DNA from: Candidatus Eiseniibacteriota bacterium
Lineage (GTDB): Bacteria; Eisenbacteria; RBG-16-71-46; CAZAMP01
NCBI GenBank assembly: GCA_965224245.1
Contig: OZ245046.1
Coordinates: 3,968,001 to 4,032,000, forward strand
Reading direction: 5' to 3'
Length of the DNA: 64,000 bases
Shown: in pieces, positions 37,540-48,781 of the stretch
Numbering within the stretch: the stretch's first letter is position 1
Layout of the letters: every line of letters begins with the position of its first letter
Position numbers and translations under genes: made by a program
The notes under the pieces: model-generated
What the model was told of the DNA's origin: nothing
Seen by the model: only the letters and a program-made list of their open reading frames with translations
Databases searched by the model: none

Positions 37540-39498
37540 CTACATCGACCGGTGCCTGGCGATCAGCGCGTCGACGATCTGGGGCTCGGCCAGCGTGGTC
37601 ACGTCGCCGAGGCCTGAGTACTCACCCGCGGCGATCTTGCGCAGAATGCGCCGCATGATCTTCCCGCTCCGGGTCTTCGGCAGGCCCGGAGCGACGAGGA
37701 TCATGTCGGGCGTGGCCACCGGTCCGATCACGCGGCGGACCTGCTCGCGCAGCTCGGCCACCAGCTCGGCCGGCGCCCGCCCCTCGTGCTCGGGCGTGAC
37801 GATCACGTAGGCGAAGATGCCCTGCCCCTTGATCTCGTGCGGGTAGCCCACCACGGCCGCCTCGGCCACCGCGTCGTGCGCGACCAGCGCGCTCTCGACC
37901 TCGGCGGTGCCCATGCGGTGTCCCGACACGTTGATCACGTCGTCGACGCGTCCGGTGATCCAGTAGTAGCCGTCCTCGTCGCGGCGGCAGCCGTCCCCGG
38001 TGAAGTAACGTCCCGGATAGGTGTAGAAGTACGTCTCACGAAAGCGCTTGTGATCGCCGTAGACGGTGCGGGACTGGCCGGGCCACGAGCGCGCGAGGCA
38101 GAGGTTGCCGCTGACGCCGTTCCCGGACAGGACCCCGCCCTCGGCGTCCACGATCACCGGCTCGACCCCGAAGAACGGTAGCGTGGCCGAGCCCGGCTTG
38201 GCCGGCGTCGCGCCCGGAAGCGGCGTGATCATGATCCCGCCGGTCTCGGTCTGCCACCAGGTGTCCACGACCGCGCAGCGTCCGCCGCCGACGACGTCGT
38301 GATACCAGCGCCAGACCTCGGGGTTGATGGGCTCGCCCACCGTGCCCAGCACGCGCAGCGACTCGCGCGAGTGCGACGTGACCGGCTCGTCTCCCGCGCG
38401 CGCGATCGCGCGGATCGCGGTGGGCGCGGTGTAGAAGATGTTCACGCCGAGATCGTCCACGATCTGCCAGTAGCGTCCCGCGTCCGGATACGTCGGCACC
38501 GACTCGAACATCACCGTCGTGGCCCCGTTGGCCAGCGGTCCGTAGATGATATAGGAGTGCCCGGTGATCCAGCCGATGTCGGCGGCACAGAAGTAGACGT
38601 CCCCGGGGTGATGGTCGAACACGACCTCGTGGGTGAGCGACGCGTACACCATGTAACCGCCGGTCGTGTGCATGACCCCCTTCGGCTGGCCGGTGGATCC
38701 CGACGTGTACAGGATGAACAGCGGGTCCTCGGCGTCCATCTCCTCGGCCGGCGCATACGGACGCTGCTTCTGCATCTCGACGTCGAGCCAGTGGTCGCGC
38801 CCCCCGCGCATCGGGACGCGCGTGTCGGTGCGGCGAGCCACCAGCACCGTATCGACGAGCCCGAGCCCGTCGACGGCATGGTCGACGGTCTCCTTGAGCG
38901 GCAGCGCGCGCCCGCCGCGACGTCCCTCGTCGGCGGTCACGACCACGCGGCATCCGGCGTCGAGGATGCGGTCGCGAATCGCGTCGGCGCTGAACCCTCC
39001 GAAGATGATCGAGTGCACCGCGCCGATCCGCGCGCACGCGAGCATCGTGTAGGCGAGCTCGGGAATCATCGGCATGTACAGACAGACGCGGTCGCCTTTC
39101 CGGACGCCGTGGTGGCGGAGCACGTTGGCGACGCGGCAGACCTCACGGCGCAGGGTGGCGAACGTGATGCGCTCGTACTCGCCGGGCTCGTCCTTGGCCC
39201 AGATGATGGCCACGTCGTCGGGACGGGTGACGGCGTGCCGATCGACGCAGTTCAGGCACGCGTTGAGCGTGCCGCCGATGAACCAGGCGATCTCGACGTC
39301 CTCGGGCGTGTAGTCGACGCTGGAGACCCGATCGAACGGTCGGATCCAGTCCAGGCGTCGGGCCTCCTCGGCCCAGAACGCGTCGGGATCCTCGATCGAC
39401 CGGCGGTAGCGTTCGCGGTACGCGTCCAGCCCGCTGACGTGGGCGCGCGCGACCAGAGAGTCCTTCGGTGGATAGACGTCCGGAGACGAGTCGCTCAT
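37540..39498 (-). CDS. acs: Acetyl-CoA synthetase
   Basis: [39 protein letters not shown]. Confidence 0.97.
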   Translation of the reverse strand: MSDSSPDVYPPKDSLVARAHVSGLDAYRERYRRSIEDPDAFWAEEARRLDWIRPFDRVSSVDYTPEDVEIAWFIGGTLNACLNCVDRHAVTRPDDVAIIWAKDEPGEYERITFATLRREVCRVANVLRHHGVRKGDRVCLYMPMIPELAYTMLACARIGAVHSIIFGGFSADAIRDRILDAGCRVVVTADEGRRGGRALPLKETVDHAVDGLGLVDTVLVARRTDTRVPMRGGRDHWLDVEMQKQRPYAPAEEMDAEDPLFILYTSGSTGQPKGVMHTTGGYMVYASLTHEVVFDHHPGDVYFCAADIGWITGHSYIIYGPLANGATTVMFESVPTYPDAGRYWQIVDDLGVNIFYTAPTAIRAIARAGDEPVTSHSRESLRVLGTVGEPINPEVWRWYHDVVGGGRCAVVDTWWQTETGGIMITPLPGATPAKPGSATLPFFGVEPVIVDAEGGVLSGNGVSGNLCLARSWPGQSRTVYGDHKRFRETYFYTYPGRYFTGDGCRRDEDGYYWITGRVDDVINVSGHRMGTAEVESALVAHDAVAEAAVVGYPHEIKGQGIFAYVIVTPEHEGRAPAELVAELREQVRRVIGPVATPDMILVAPGLPKTRSGKIMRRILRKIAAGEYSGLGDVTTLAEPQIVDALIARHRSM

Positions 39499-39658
39499 CG
39501 TGAGTCCTCTCCGCGCGAGCGCGCAGCTCGCACCCTGGATGACGGATGGACGGGGTTTCCGATCGACGACGGGTCGAGAGCCGATCGGGCCGAGGTGAAA
39601 CGCTAGCGGGAAGCCTCGGATGCGTCAACCGACGGGGGCACCCGGGCCGGCGCGTCGA

Positions 39659-40960
39659 TCACGATCGGTCGCCGGTATCGGCCGTCCTCCCGAGTCGCGT
39701 CGGACGCCGCCGGCGATCGATCCCGGTGCGCTCCTCCACACCGGGGAGGCGCGGCCGCTCGGCGGGCTCGCGGTCGACGAGCGCGAGGTTGGCGAGCACG
39801 ACCTCGCGCTCGCGGCGCTCCTGGCGGCAATCGTTGAACGCGAGCAACGCTTCCCGGAAGAAGCGCCGTGCCGAAGCGGCGTCACCGAGCCGGTGGTAGA
39901 GCGACCCGATGTTGTTGTACGTGGCCCCGAGCCCGGCCTGATCGCCGGCCTTCCGTCGCGCGTCGACCGCCTTCTCGTATGCGCTCAGCGCCAGCGTGAT
40001 CTTGCCGGTGGATTCGTGCAGCATCGCCATCATGTGGTGGAGACTCGCCAGCGCCGACGCGACACCCGACCCGCGCGCGAGGAAGATCGCCTCCTCCAGC
40101 GAGGCTCGGGCGCCTTCCACGTCGCCACGCTGGAGCTGGAGATCGCCCAGTCGCTCCAGCGCGTTCACGCGGAGAAGCTGATCCCCGGCCTCGGCGGCCA
40201 GGCACGCGCCCTCGGTCAGGCAGCGATCGGCATCATCGGTCTCGCCCAGCTCGAGGCAGACCGTGCCGTACCCGATCAGCGCCATTGCCTCACCGGCGCG
40301 AGCACCTTCGTGTCGGGCGCGCTCCAGGGCGTGCGCGAAGTACCGTGCCGCGTGATCCATCTCGCCCGCGTCGAGGCTCTGGCGGCCGAGGAGGCACAGC
40401 ACCTCGATCTCGGCGTCCACGGACCCGGCCTGCGCCGCCAGCTTCAACGCTTCGGACAGGTGCAGGGCCGCGTGCTCGTGACCGCCGAGCGCCTCCCAGG
40501 CCTCGCCCAGACACCGTCGAATGGCCATCTCCAGCGGGGGGTCGTCCGGCACGAGACGCAGCGCCTCTTCCCAGGCCGCGACCGCCCGGTCCCACGCCCC
40601 GGCCCTCGCGTCGAGCCGGGCCCGCATGTGGAGCGCGTCGGTGACCGAGGCGGCAGGAACCGGTGGCGATTCGGCGCACAGCACACCGTCGATCGCGCTC
40701 CGGCACGCGTCGTCTCGACCGGCGGCAAAGAACCACTCCGCGAAGAGGATGGCGGCTTCGCCGGAGAGGACGTCCGGCCGTGCGCGGAGTCGCGTCTCCA
40801 TCCGGGCAAGCGTGTCGGCGTCGAGATCCACGCCACTCGTTCTCTCGCGGAGTGCACGCAGGCACCGATCCCGGTCGGACGGGGTCGTCGCGGCCACGAG
40901 CGCGTCGACGAGGCGTTCCACGTCGGCGGCCGAGTCCGGGCGGGGCTCGGGTTCGGACAT
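39659..40960 (-). CDS. Tetratricopeptide-repeat protein
   Basis: Multiple TPR-like units (e.g. ATYNNIGSLY..LGD...A...F.EAL); GGAGGAG RBS. Confidence 0.8.
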   Translation of the reverse strand: MSEPEPRPDSAADVERLVDALVAATTPSDRDRCLRALRERTSGVDLDADTLARMETRLRARPDVLSGEAAILFAEWFFAAGRDDACRSAIDGVLCAESPPVPAASVTDALHMRARLDARAGAWDRAVAAWEEALRLVPDDPPLEMAIRRCLGEAWEALGGHEHAALHLSEALKLAAQAGSVDAEIEVLCLLGRQSLDAGEMDHAARYFAHALERARHEGARAGEAMALIGYGTVCLELGETDDADRCLTEGACLAAEAGDQLLRVNALERLGDLQLQRGDVEGARASLEEAIFLARGSGVASALASLHHMMAMLHESTGKITLALSAYEKAVDARRKAGDQAGLGATYNNIGSLYHRLGDAASARRFFREALLAFNDCRQERREREVVLANLALVDREPAERPRLPGVEERTGIDRRRRPTRLGRTADTGDRS

Positions 40961-41157
40961 TCGGTGCTCCTCCACGCGCGGGCGCGCCATGGCGACGGGG
41001 TGGGCCTCTCTCCGAAGATCGGACCCCGAAACCCACAACTTGAGCGACCGGGTGTCCGGGGGTCCCCGATGTCACCGTGCGGTGCCGGTTGAGCCGGGCC
41101 GGGGTGATCGCTATGCTCCCACGACCTCGGCACGTGCCACTCGAGATCGGAGTCCCC

Positions 41158-42372
41158 GTGAAGCCCGAGATCCTCCGGCAGAAGCTCATCGACTTCGTGG
41201 CGCCCAGGATGCGCGCCGACGGAATCGCCCAGTGGCTCGTCCTCACGCGTGAAGGCAGTCGCGACCCGATCGCCGATCGCATGGCGGGCGGCACCGCGGT
41301 GGGCCGGATGGCCATCGCGATCCGGCCGACCCCCGGCGGCGTCGAGCTGCACGCGGTCTGCGCGTCCTACGACCTGGCGCCGCTCGAGGACTCGGGGCTG
41401 TTCACCGGGATCCAGTCGTACGGCGAGAAGGGATGGGGCGAGCCCCTGGGCGCGCTGGTCGGCGCGTGCCCGGACGGACGGATCGCCGTGAACTCGTCGG
41501 CCGACGAACCTCTCGGTGACGGCCTCTCGCACACGCTCCGCGAGGAGCTCCTGGCCTCGGTCAGCGGAGACCCGAGCGCCCGCCTGGTGTCCTCCGAGCC
41601 ACTGGTGGGCGAGCTCTTCGGCCGCAAGACGTCCTGGGAAATCCAGCGCATCCGCCAGGCCGCGGTCGAGGCGGAACGCATTCTCCGCTGGGCGCTGAGC
41701 CCCGAGTGCCTGACACCCGACGACACCACCGAGGCCGAGCTGGCCGAACGCATCGCGCAGCGGGTCGAGTCGCACGGGTACGGCTTCGCGTGGGAGCGCT
41801 CGTTCTGTCCCAGCGTCCAGTTCGCGACCACGCGGGGACATGCGGCGCCCGGCTCGGCGACCGTCTCGTTCGGCGAGCTGGCCTGCATCGACTTCGGACT
41901 CTCGATCGACGGATACGTCTCCGACCTCCAGCGAACGATGGTGATCTGCGAGCGCGACGCGATCCCCGACGACGTCGCCGGCCTCTGGCGCACGACTCGG
42001 GCGGCCGTCGACGCGGCGGCTCGCCGGATGCGTCCGGGCGTCACCGGCCTCGAGGTGGACGCGGCCGCCCGCTCGGTCATCCACCGGAGCGGCTACGTCG
42101 ACTACATCCACGCCACCGGCCACCCGCTCGGCTACGACGTACACGACGTGGGTCCGATGCTGGGGCCCAACTGGCCGGGACGCTACGGCAAGCGCGTGCA
42201 CCAGGAGCTCCAGGAGTCGATGGTCATGACGCTCGAGCCCGCGGCGGCGATCGAGCGCGAGGACGGACTCCTGCGGGTCGGCCTCGAGGAGGACGTCGTC
42301 GTTCGCGCCGACGGCGTCGAGTACCTGGCGCCTCCCCAGCTCGAGATCTGGACGTACGATGACCGGTCGTAG
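41158..42372 (+). CDS. M24 family Xaa-Pro peptidase
   Basis: IDFG...GY.SD.QR, HATGH.LG.DVHD, TLEP, LEED metal ligands. Confidence 0.9.
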   Translation: MKPEILRQKLIDFVAPRMRADGIAQWLVLTREGSRDPIADRMAGGTAVGRMAIAIRPTPGGVELHAVCASYDLAPLEDSGLFTGIQSYGEKGWGEPLGALVGACPDGRIAVNSSADEPLGDGLSHTLREELLASVSGDPSARLVSSEPLVGELFGRKTSWEIQRIRQAAVEAERILRWALSPECLTPDDTTEAELAERIAQRVESHGYGFAWERSFCPSVQFATTRGHAAPGSATVSFGELACIDFGLSIDGYVSDLQRTMVICERDAIPDDVAGLWRTTRAAVDAAARRMRPGVTGLEVDAAARSVIHRSGYVDYIHATGHPLGYDVHDVGPMLGPNWPGRYGKRVHQELQESMVMTLEPAAAIEREDGLLRVGLEEDVVVRADGVEYLAPPQLEIWTYDDRS

Positions 42373-42467
42373 CCCGCGGCGCACCGCGGAGCGCGCGCCG
42401 GGTCGCACCGCGGGTCGTCGCCCGCGGCACCGTGCGCGGCCCTGAGCCGCGACGCGGGGAGTAGACG

Positions 42468-43637
42468 ATGGCGGGCGGAATGGCCTCGATTGCCGGTGCG
42501 GCTCCGGCGCTCGCCAGAGCGCTGACGCCCATCGGACGCCACCGGACCGGTCCCGTCCTCGTGTGGCTCGGGGTCCTCGTGCTGCTCGCGGTGCAAGCGT
42601 TCTGGGCACCCCTGACCGACGACGCCACGGTCGATTCCCACTCGTACTACTTCGGCGCGCGCGCGCTGGCCGACGGCGCCAACCCCTACGACACGGCCGT
42701 CCTCCAGGAGCTGGCACCCGATCGCCTCGGGTTCGTCTTTCCGTACGTGTACCCGCCCGTGCTCGCCCTCGCGTGGCGCCCGCTGCTGGCGCTGACGCCC
42801 GAGGACGCGCATCGCGTCGCCATCGCAGTCGGGCTCGTGTTGACGACGCTGAACGCGAGCCTCCTGTGGTCGCTGGTCCGCCCGCGGACCGATGCCGCCG
42901 GGTGGCTCGTGCTCTTTCTCGGCGCGCACACGGTGATGGGTCCCCTGGTGAGCTCGCTGCGGCTGGGTCAGGTGAACGTCGCGCTGGCGACCCTCGTCCT
43001 CGGGGCTCTGCACCTCGAGCGGCGTGATCGGCCGGCGCTGGCCGGGCTCCTCCTCGCGGGCGCGATCCTGGTCAAGCTGACCCCGGCGGTCTTCCTGGTC
43101 GACCTCCTGCTCCGGGGCCGATGGCGAACGATCGGGTTCACGGCGGTCGGCGGCACCGCCATCGTCGGGATCTCGATCATGCTCGTCGGCACCGATCCGT
43201 GGGCCTGGTTCGTGGAGCGCGCGCGCCAGCCGCTGCCGTTCAATCCGCCGATCTCGATCCGGGGATGGGTCGACGCGCTCGGGCTGGCCTTCGGCTGGGA
43301 CAATGCGGCCAAGCTGGTCGCGTTCCTGACGATCTTCACCGCCGCCCTGGTCCTCGTCGTACGCCGGCTGCTGGCGTTCACCACGGCCGGCGACACGGCC
43401 GCCAGCTGGGCCGTGCTCGTCTGGTTCGGACTCCTCGCGTTTCCCCTCACCTGGCACCACCACTACTACCTGGCGATCCTGCCGTTCGCGCTCTTCATGC
43501 TCCGGGCGTTCGACGCGGGCCACAGATGGCGGGCGGTGGCGTGGGTCGTGCTGGCCGCGATGGCCCTGGCGCGGTACCCGGGGGCGCTCCATCCGCTGAA
43601 GCCGATCGCCTCCCTGGTGGGGCTCGTGCTGGTCTAG
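42468..43637 (+). CDS. GT87/DUF2029 membrane glycosyltransferase
   Basis: G.NPY, YVYPP, GQVN, K.TP, W.HH motifs; multi-TM. Confidence 0.85.
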   Translation: MAGGMASIAGAAPALARALTPIGRHRTGPVLVWLGVLVLLAVQAFWAPLTDDATVDSHSYYFGARALADGANPYDTAVLQELAPDRLGFVFPYVYPPVLALAWRPLLALTPEDAHRVAIAVGLVLTTLNASLLWSLVRPRTDAAGWLVLFLGAHTVMGPLVSSLRLGQVNVALATLVLGALHLERRDRPALAGLLLAGAILVKLTPAVFLVDLLLRGRWRTIGFTAVGGTAIVGISIMLVGTDPWAWFVERARQPLPFNPPISIRGWVDALGLAFGWDNAAKLVAFLTIFTAALVLVVRRLLAFTTAGDTAASWAVLVWFGLLAFPLTWHHHYYLAILPFALFMLRAFDAGHRWRAVAWVVLAAMALARYPGALHPLKPIASLVGLVLV

Positions 43638-43722
43638 CGCCACGCATTTCGCACGTCGTCTCGCATCCTGCCCGGTCGACCTCGGCCGACTGGCCAGGCT
43701 GGTGTCGATTGAACGTCATACC

Positions 43723-43767
43723 GATGAAGGAGTTAGCGGCCCCAGGCCTTCGGGGCACGGCTCTTGT
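43723..43767 (+). promoter_or_regulatory. Putative IHF-like site plus sigma54-like promoter of the pilin
   Basis: GATGAAGGAGTTA (resembles WATCAAN4TTR) and GGCACG-N4-TTGT (-12 is GT rather than GC). Confidence 0.4.
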
Positions 43768-43813
43768 ATGTTGCTTCGCGGGAGACGAACTCCATGCCCA
43801 GGAGGAACGCGCC

Positions 43814-44239
43814 ATGGTCCGGAACGCCCGCGGCTTCTCACTGATCGAGCTGATGATCGTGGTCTCGATCATCGGAGTGCTCGCGGCGATCGCCATACCG
43901 AACTACGTGAGCATGCAGGATCGTGCTCGCGAGGGCGCCGTCCGCGCGGTCGCGCATGCCGTACACATGGCCACCGAGGACTACTCGATCACCCACGACG
44001 CCGTGCTGCCCGCCGACAACACGGTCTTCGACGCCTCGATGTTCCCCGGCGGCGTGTGGCCGGAGAACCCGTACACTGGGGCGGCCGTCAGCATCAACGT
44101 CCAGGGCGCCTACTCGCAGGGCGACGTGGGCTACGGGCTCGATGCGGCGACTCGCATCTACACGATCGAGGGCTACGGCACCGACGCCACCAGCGGCCCT
44201 GCCGGTGACGGCGTCGTGATCGTACTGACGAACGGGTAG
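43814..44239 (+). CDS. Type IV pilin / pseudopilin with N-methylation site
   Basis: RG|FSLIELMIVVSIIGVLAAIAIPNY; GGAGG RBS. Confidence 0.92.
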   Translation: MVRNARGFSLIELMIVVSIIGVLAAIAIPNYVSMQDRAREGAVRAVAHAVHMATEDYSITHDAVLPADNTVFDASMFPGGVWPENPYTGAAVSINVQGAYSQGDVGYGLDAATRIYTIEGYGTDATSGPAGDGVVIVLTNG

Positions 44240-44313
44240 CCATCGACCGAGCGGCGCGAGCGTGCATCGCGCCACGTGCGTTCGCCGGACGCTCCCGCAC
44301 GACTCCCGGCGCG

Positions 44314-45684
44314 TCAGCCCAGCGAACGCCGGAGCGCGTGGACGAGACCGTCCACGTCCGCCACCTCGGCCATCAGATCGCACGCCGGCGCGTACGCCGA
44401 CACGACCGAGTCCCCCGTGTTCCACTCACCGACGGGCTCCGGGTTGAGCCACACGACGGCCCGCGCACGCTCGGCGAGGCGCTCGAGCGTCCACGCCGCG
44501 GGATCCACGCGGTTGTTCCGGGCATCGCCGAGCACCAGCACGATCGTGTCGTGTCCCAGCTCGCGCGCCTCGGCCTCGCAGACCCCGAACAGAGCCCGCG
44601 CATAGTCGCTGGGCGCCAGCAGGTTGAGATCCCCGTGCCGGTCGAGGAGCACCTCCAGCCGGTCGGGTCGCCCGGCCAGCGAACGAGCGGCGAGCACGTC
44701 CCCGGTCACGTCCACCGCGCGGTCCACGAACGCGTAGATCCTCGATCCGGAGAACTCCCGGGCCAGACGCGACACGAGCGTCAGGAACGCACTGGCGGCC
44801 CGCACCATCGAGTACGACACGTCGACCAGCACCAGGAGCCGCGGCGGTCGCCGACCCGGACGCCGGTAGACGAGCCGGAACGGCACGCCCCCCGACGCGA
44901 CATTTTGCCGGAGGAGCCGCTGCACCCAGAGGGCTCCGCGACGAGACCGTGCCCGGCGACGGTGCCGCCTCAGCCGGAGGCTCGACAGCGCGCGCACGAG
45001 CGCCTCCTCCAGCGCATGGGCCTCCTCGGCCGACCAGCGCTCCCGGAACGCCTTGCGAGCCACTCCGACCGGCGAAGGTCGCGGCGGGCCGAGGGGCGAA
45101 GGGGCGGCCCCGCGGACCCCGGATCGGCGATCGGCTTCGTCGCCCCGGCGGTGAGGCGCCTGGATCACGACCGTACGCTGGACCCGTTCGGGGCGAGCGG
45201 CCAGCGGTGCCTCGCGCCGCGCGCCCGCCGGCGCGGGTCGATCCGGATCGCGCCGCGGCGGGTCGCGCCGATCGGCGCCCCGGCGAGCCGAAAGGGGACG
45301 AGTGGGCGATCGGCGAGACGTCTCCCGTGGCGGCGCGCCCCGTGCTCGGCCGTGCCGGACGAGCCCCGCCGCCGCGGATCCGACGGTGGGTACCGGCGGC
45401 GACGCTCCGCCGCCGCCGGCCTCCCGACGGCGCCTCGCCCGCCGCCGGCGTCGCGGCGAGGACGTCCATCGGGGCGCGGTGAAGAACCGGCCGAACGCCG
45501 CGTCCACCCGCGCCTGGTCCGCGCGCGTCTTGGCCAGGGTGATGCGGAGCGCGGCCCGAAGCGCGCCGGCGTCGTCCATCCCGACCAGGGCGATCGCATC
45601 CGCGGCGTCCAGGAGCTCGCCCGGAGAGACCACGACGCCCTCCGCCCGGAGCACCTCGGCGAAACGGCTCAGGGCACGCTTCAT
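44314..45684 (-). CDS. CoxE-like VWA-domain protein
   Basis: F...LR..G..VS..E N-terminus, DVS.SM MIDAS, LGDARNN, VWLNPE...W.TGDS. Confidence 0.88.
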   Translation of the reverse strand: MKRALSRFAEVLRAEGVVVSPGELLDAADAIALVGMDDAGALRAALRITLAKTRADQARVDAAFGRFFTAPRWTSSPRRRRRARRRREAGGGGASPPVPTVGSAAAGLVRHGRARGAPPRETSRRSPTRPLSARRGADRRDPPRRDPDRPAPAGARREAPLAARPERVQRTVVIQAPHRRGDEADRRSGVRGAAPSPLGPPRPSPVGVARKAFRERWSAEEAHALEEALVRALSSLRLRRHRRRARSRRGALWVQRLLRQNVASGGVPFRLVYRRPGRRPPRLLVLVDVSYSMVRAASAFLTLVSRLAREFSGSRIYAFVDRAVDVTGDVLAARSLAGRPDRLEVLLDRHGDLNLLAPSDYARALFGVCEAEARELGHDTIVLVLGDARNNRVDPAAWTLERLAERARAVVWLNPEPVGEWNTGDSVVSAYAPACDLMAEVADVDGLVHALRRSLG

Positions 45685-45738
45685 GGGATCGCTCCCTCCG
45701 AGAATCCCGCGGCACGGGTCATCGGCGGCGCCGCGGTG

Positions 45739-46653
45739 TCACCGGACGGGGCGACGCGACGACAGCTCGGCCAGGATGACATCCCGGTCGTCGCGGTTCT
45801 TGATCAGGGCGCCGAGCGTCGTCTCGACCTCGAGGCGGGTGAGATCCTCGGCGCCGACGGCCAGGAGCGCCATCGCCCAGTCGATGCTCTCGGCGATGCC
45901 GGGGGCGCGCCGGAGATCGGACTTGCGGACACGGGCGACGAAGGCGGCCAGCCGCTCCCGGAACACCGCGTCCAGCTCGGGCACGCGCGCGGCCAGGATC
46001 GCGACCTCTTCGTCGACGGTCGGATAGTCCATGTGAAGGTAGAGACATCGCCGGCGCAGCGCGTCGGCCAGGTCGCGGGTGTCGTTCGACGTCAGAACCA
46101 CGCGCGGCCGGTGCCGTGCCGTGATCGTGCCCAGCTCGGGGATCGTCACCTGGAACTCCGAGAGGATCTCCAGGAGGAACGCCTCGAACTCCTCGTCGCT
46201 CCGGTCGATCTCGTCGATCAGGAGGACCACCGGCGACGGCGATCGCAGCGCCTCGACCAGCGGACGCGGCAACAGGAACGCATCGGAGAAGAACGCATCC
46301 GCGTGACGATGCAGCCGGTCCATCGCCTCGGCCAGCGTGGCCGTCTCGCCGATGACGTCGTCGATCTTCGCGCGCAGGAGCTGCGAGTACAGCACCTGCT
46401 TGCCGTACGACCACTCGTAGAGCGCGCGTGCCTCGTCCAGCCCCTCGTAGCACTGGAGACGGATCAGACGGCACTGATGGATCTCCGCCCACAGGCGCGC
46501 GAGGTCGGTCTTCCCGACCCCGGGAGGGCCCTCGACGAGGATCGGCTTGCCGAGCGCGTCGGCCAGCTGGAGCGTGCGCGCAGCGGCCTCGCCGAGGACG
46601 TAGCCCTCCTCGGCGAATCGGTCGATCAGCCGTTTCGGGGACTCGAGCGTCAC
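45739..46653 (-). CDS. MoxR/CoxD-family AAA+ ATPase
   Basis: EGPPGVGKT, LQCYEGLD, LLIDEID, TSN.TR...ALRRRC. Confidence 0.93.
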   Translation of the reverse strand: MTLESPKRLIDRFAEEGYVLGEAAARTLQLADALGKPILVEGPPGVGKTDLARLWAEIHQCRLIRLQCYEGLDEARALYEWSYGKQVLYSQLLRAKIDDVIGETATLAEAMDRLHRHADAFFSDAFLLPRPLVEALRSPSPVVLLIDEIDRSDEEFEAFLLEILSEFQVTIPELGTITARHRPRVVLTSNDTRDLADALRRRCLYLHMDYPTVDEEVAILAARVPELDAVFRERLAAFVARVRKSDLRRAPGIAESIDWAMALLAVGAEDLTRLEVETTLGALIKNRDDRDVILAELSSRRPVR

Positions 46654-46656
46654 CGG

Positions 46657-47421
46657 CTACGCGCCCGCACGCTCGTCCCGGCGCATGAAGGGCTTGATCA
46701 GATCCACCGGAATCGGCAGCAGCACCGTGGAGTTGTTCTCGGTTGCGACCTCGGCCACGGTCTGAAGGAACCGCAGCTGGATGGCCGTGGGCTCCTTGCC
46801 GATCACGGCCGCCGCCTCGGCCAGCCGGGCCGACGCCTGGAACTCGCCCTCGGCGTTGATGACCTTCGCCCGCCGCTCGCGCTCGGCCTCGGCCTGTCGC
46901 GCCATCGCGCGCTGCATCTCGGTGGGCAGGTCCACGTGCTTCACCTCGACGGTGCTGATCTTGATGCCCCACGGATCGGTGTGCTTGTCGAGAATCTCCT
47001 GGAGCCGTTCGTTGATCTGCTCGCGCTCGGAGAGGAGATCGTCCAGCTCGACCTCGCCGAGCACGCTCCTGAGCGTGGTCTGCGCGAGCTGCGACGTCGC
47101 GAACAGGAAGTCCTCGACCTCGAGAATGGCCCTGTTCGGGTCCATCACGCGGAAGTAGATCACCGCGTTGACCTTCACCGACACGTTGTCGCGCGTGATG
47201 ATGTCCTGTGGCGGCACGTCCATCGCCACGGTCCGGAGGCTCACCTTGACCATGCGGTCGATGAGCGGAAACAGGATGATCAGTCCCGGCCCCTTGACCC
47301 CGATGACCCGCCCCAGTCGAAACACGACGCCGCGCTCGTACTCGCGCAGCACCTTCAGCATCGAAGACAGAAGGCTCAGTCCGATGATCACCAGTGTGCC
47401 CACGAATACCAGCTGTGGCAT
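46657..47421 (-). CDS. Stomatin/SPFH (slipin) protein
   Basis: [41 protein letters not shown]. Confidence 0.95.
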   Translation of the reverse strand: MPQLVFVGTLVIIGLSLLSSMLKVLREYERGVVFRLGRVIGVKGPGLIILFPLIDRMVKVSLRTVAMDVPPQDIITRDNVSVKVNAVIYFRVMDPNRAILEVEDFLFATSQLAQTTLRSVLGEVELDDLLSEREQINERLQEILDKHTDPWGIKISTVEVKHVDLPTEMQRAMARQAEAERERRAKVINAEGEFQASARLAEAAAVIGKEPTAIQLRFLQTVAEVATENNSTVLLPIPVDLIKPFMRRDERAGA

Positions 47422-47461
47422 GGGGTCCTCCTAAACCACGACCCACGTCGTGTGATGGTCC

Positions 47462-48781
47462 TTACGGCTCGGGCAGGGCGCGCTCGACGACCGTCACCTC
47501 GAGGGTCATGCCGCTCACGCGAACGACGCGAACGGTGTCTCCCTGGCGCACGTCGTCCTCGCTCGTCGCATTCCAGATCTCACCGTGAATGAAGACCTTG
47601 CCGCGCGGGTCGAGATCTGTCTGCGCCGATCCGGTCTCGCCGACGAGGCCTTGCTGGCCGGTACGCGCCCGTCCCCGCTGTGCCCGGAGCGCGGCGGTGA
47701 CGGCGACCGAGAAGAACGCGGCCGTCACGAGCGCGGCCGGCAAGATGATCCACAGCGAGATCTGGAACAACGGGCCCGCCTTGTCGAGCAGCATGATCGA
47801 CCCGAACACGAGCGACGTGATCCCGCCCAGCGTGAGCAATCCGAAGCTCGGCACCTGAGTCTCGGCGATGAACATCACGATCGCCAACAGAATCAGCGCG
47901 AACCCCGCGTAGTTGATCGGCAGCGTGTGAAGCGAGTACAGCGCGAGGATGATACAGATCGCCCCGGCGATGCCCGGAAAGAGGCTGCCCGGATTCGAGA
48001 GCTCGAAGATAAGGCCGTAGATCCCGATCATGAACAGGATGTAGGCCACGCTCGGATCGGTGACCACGCTCAGGAATCGATCCCGGAAGCTCGGCTGGAT
48101 TCGGATGATCTCGGCACCGTCGGTGGCCAGCGTGGTCGCGACCCCGGCGACCTCTACCTCACGCCCGTCGATCTCGGACAGAACCTCGGCCAGGTCGGTC
48201 TCGACGAGATCCACGACACCCTCGTTCATGGCGTCCTCGGCCACCAGCGACTTGCTCTCGCGCGCCATGCGCGTGACCCAGTCCTCGTTGCGTCCCCGCA
48301 GCCGCGCCACCGACTGGAGCTCCGCGACCCAGTCGTTCATCGCCTTCTCGTTCACGACCGAGTCCTGAATCGAGCCCTGCGCGGTGACCACGTGCGCGGC
48401 GCCGATGTGCGTGCCCTGGGCCATCGCCGCGACGTGGGCCGAGATCGTCACGAGGACCCCGGCGCTGGTCGCGCGCGCGCCCTCGGGCGCCACGTGGACG
48501 ATCACCGGTACCGGCGCGCCGAGGATGGTCTTCGAGATCTCGTGGACCGACTTCAGGAGGCCGCCGGGCGTGTCAAGCTCGATCACCACGGCCTCCGCCC
48601 CGGCCTCGTTCGCGGCGACGATGCCGTCGGCGATCATCCGGGCGGAGACGGGGTTGATGACCCCGTCGATGCGGATGACGTGGACCTCGCCGGCCGAGGC
48701 CAGCCCGCCCACGACCGCGACCGCCAGAGCGAGCAGGGCGCATGCCCGGCGGAAGACACGACGCGTGGCTGCATGGGGCAT
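47462..48781 (-). CDS. nfeD: NfeD membrane serine protease (long form)
   Basis: LDTPGG, ARATSAG, MA.GT.IGAA; TM region; C-terminal OB domain G.V..HGEIW.A. Confidence 0.93.
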   Translation of the reverse strand: MPHAATRRVFRRACALLALAVAVVGGLASAGEVHVIRIDGVINPVSARMIADGIVAANEAGAEAVVIELDTPGGLLKSVHEISKTILGAPVPVIVHVAPEGARATSAGVLVTISAHVAAMAQGTHIGAAHVVTAQGSIQDSVVNEKAMNDWVAELQSVARLRGRNEDWVTRMARESKSLVAEDAMNEGVVDLVETDLAEVLSEIDGREVEVAGVATTLATDGAEIIRIQPSFRDRFLSVVTDPSVAYILFMIGIYGLIFELSNPGSLFPGIAGAICIILALYSLHTLPINYAGFALILLAIVMFIAETQVPSFGLLTLGGITSLVFGSIMLLDKAGPLFQISLWIILPAALVTAAFFSVAVTAALRAQRGRARTGQQGLVGETGSAQTDLDPRGKVFIHGEIWNATSEDDVRQGDTVRVVRVSGMTLEVTVVERALPEP

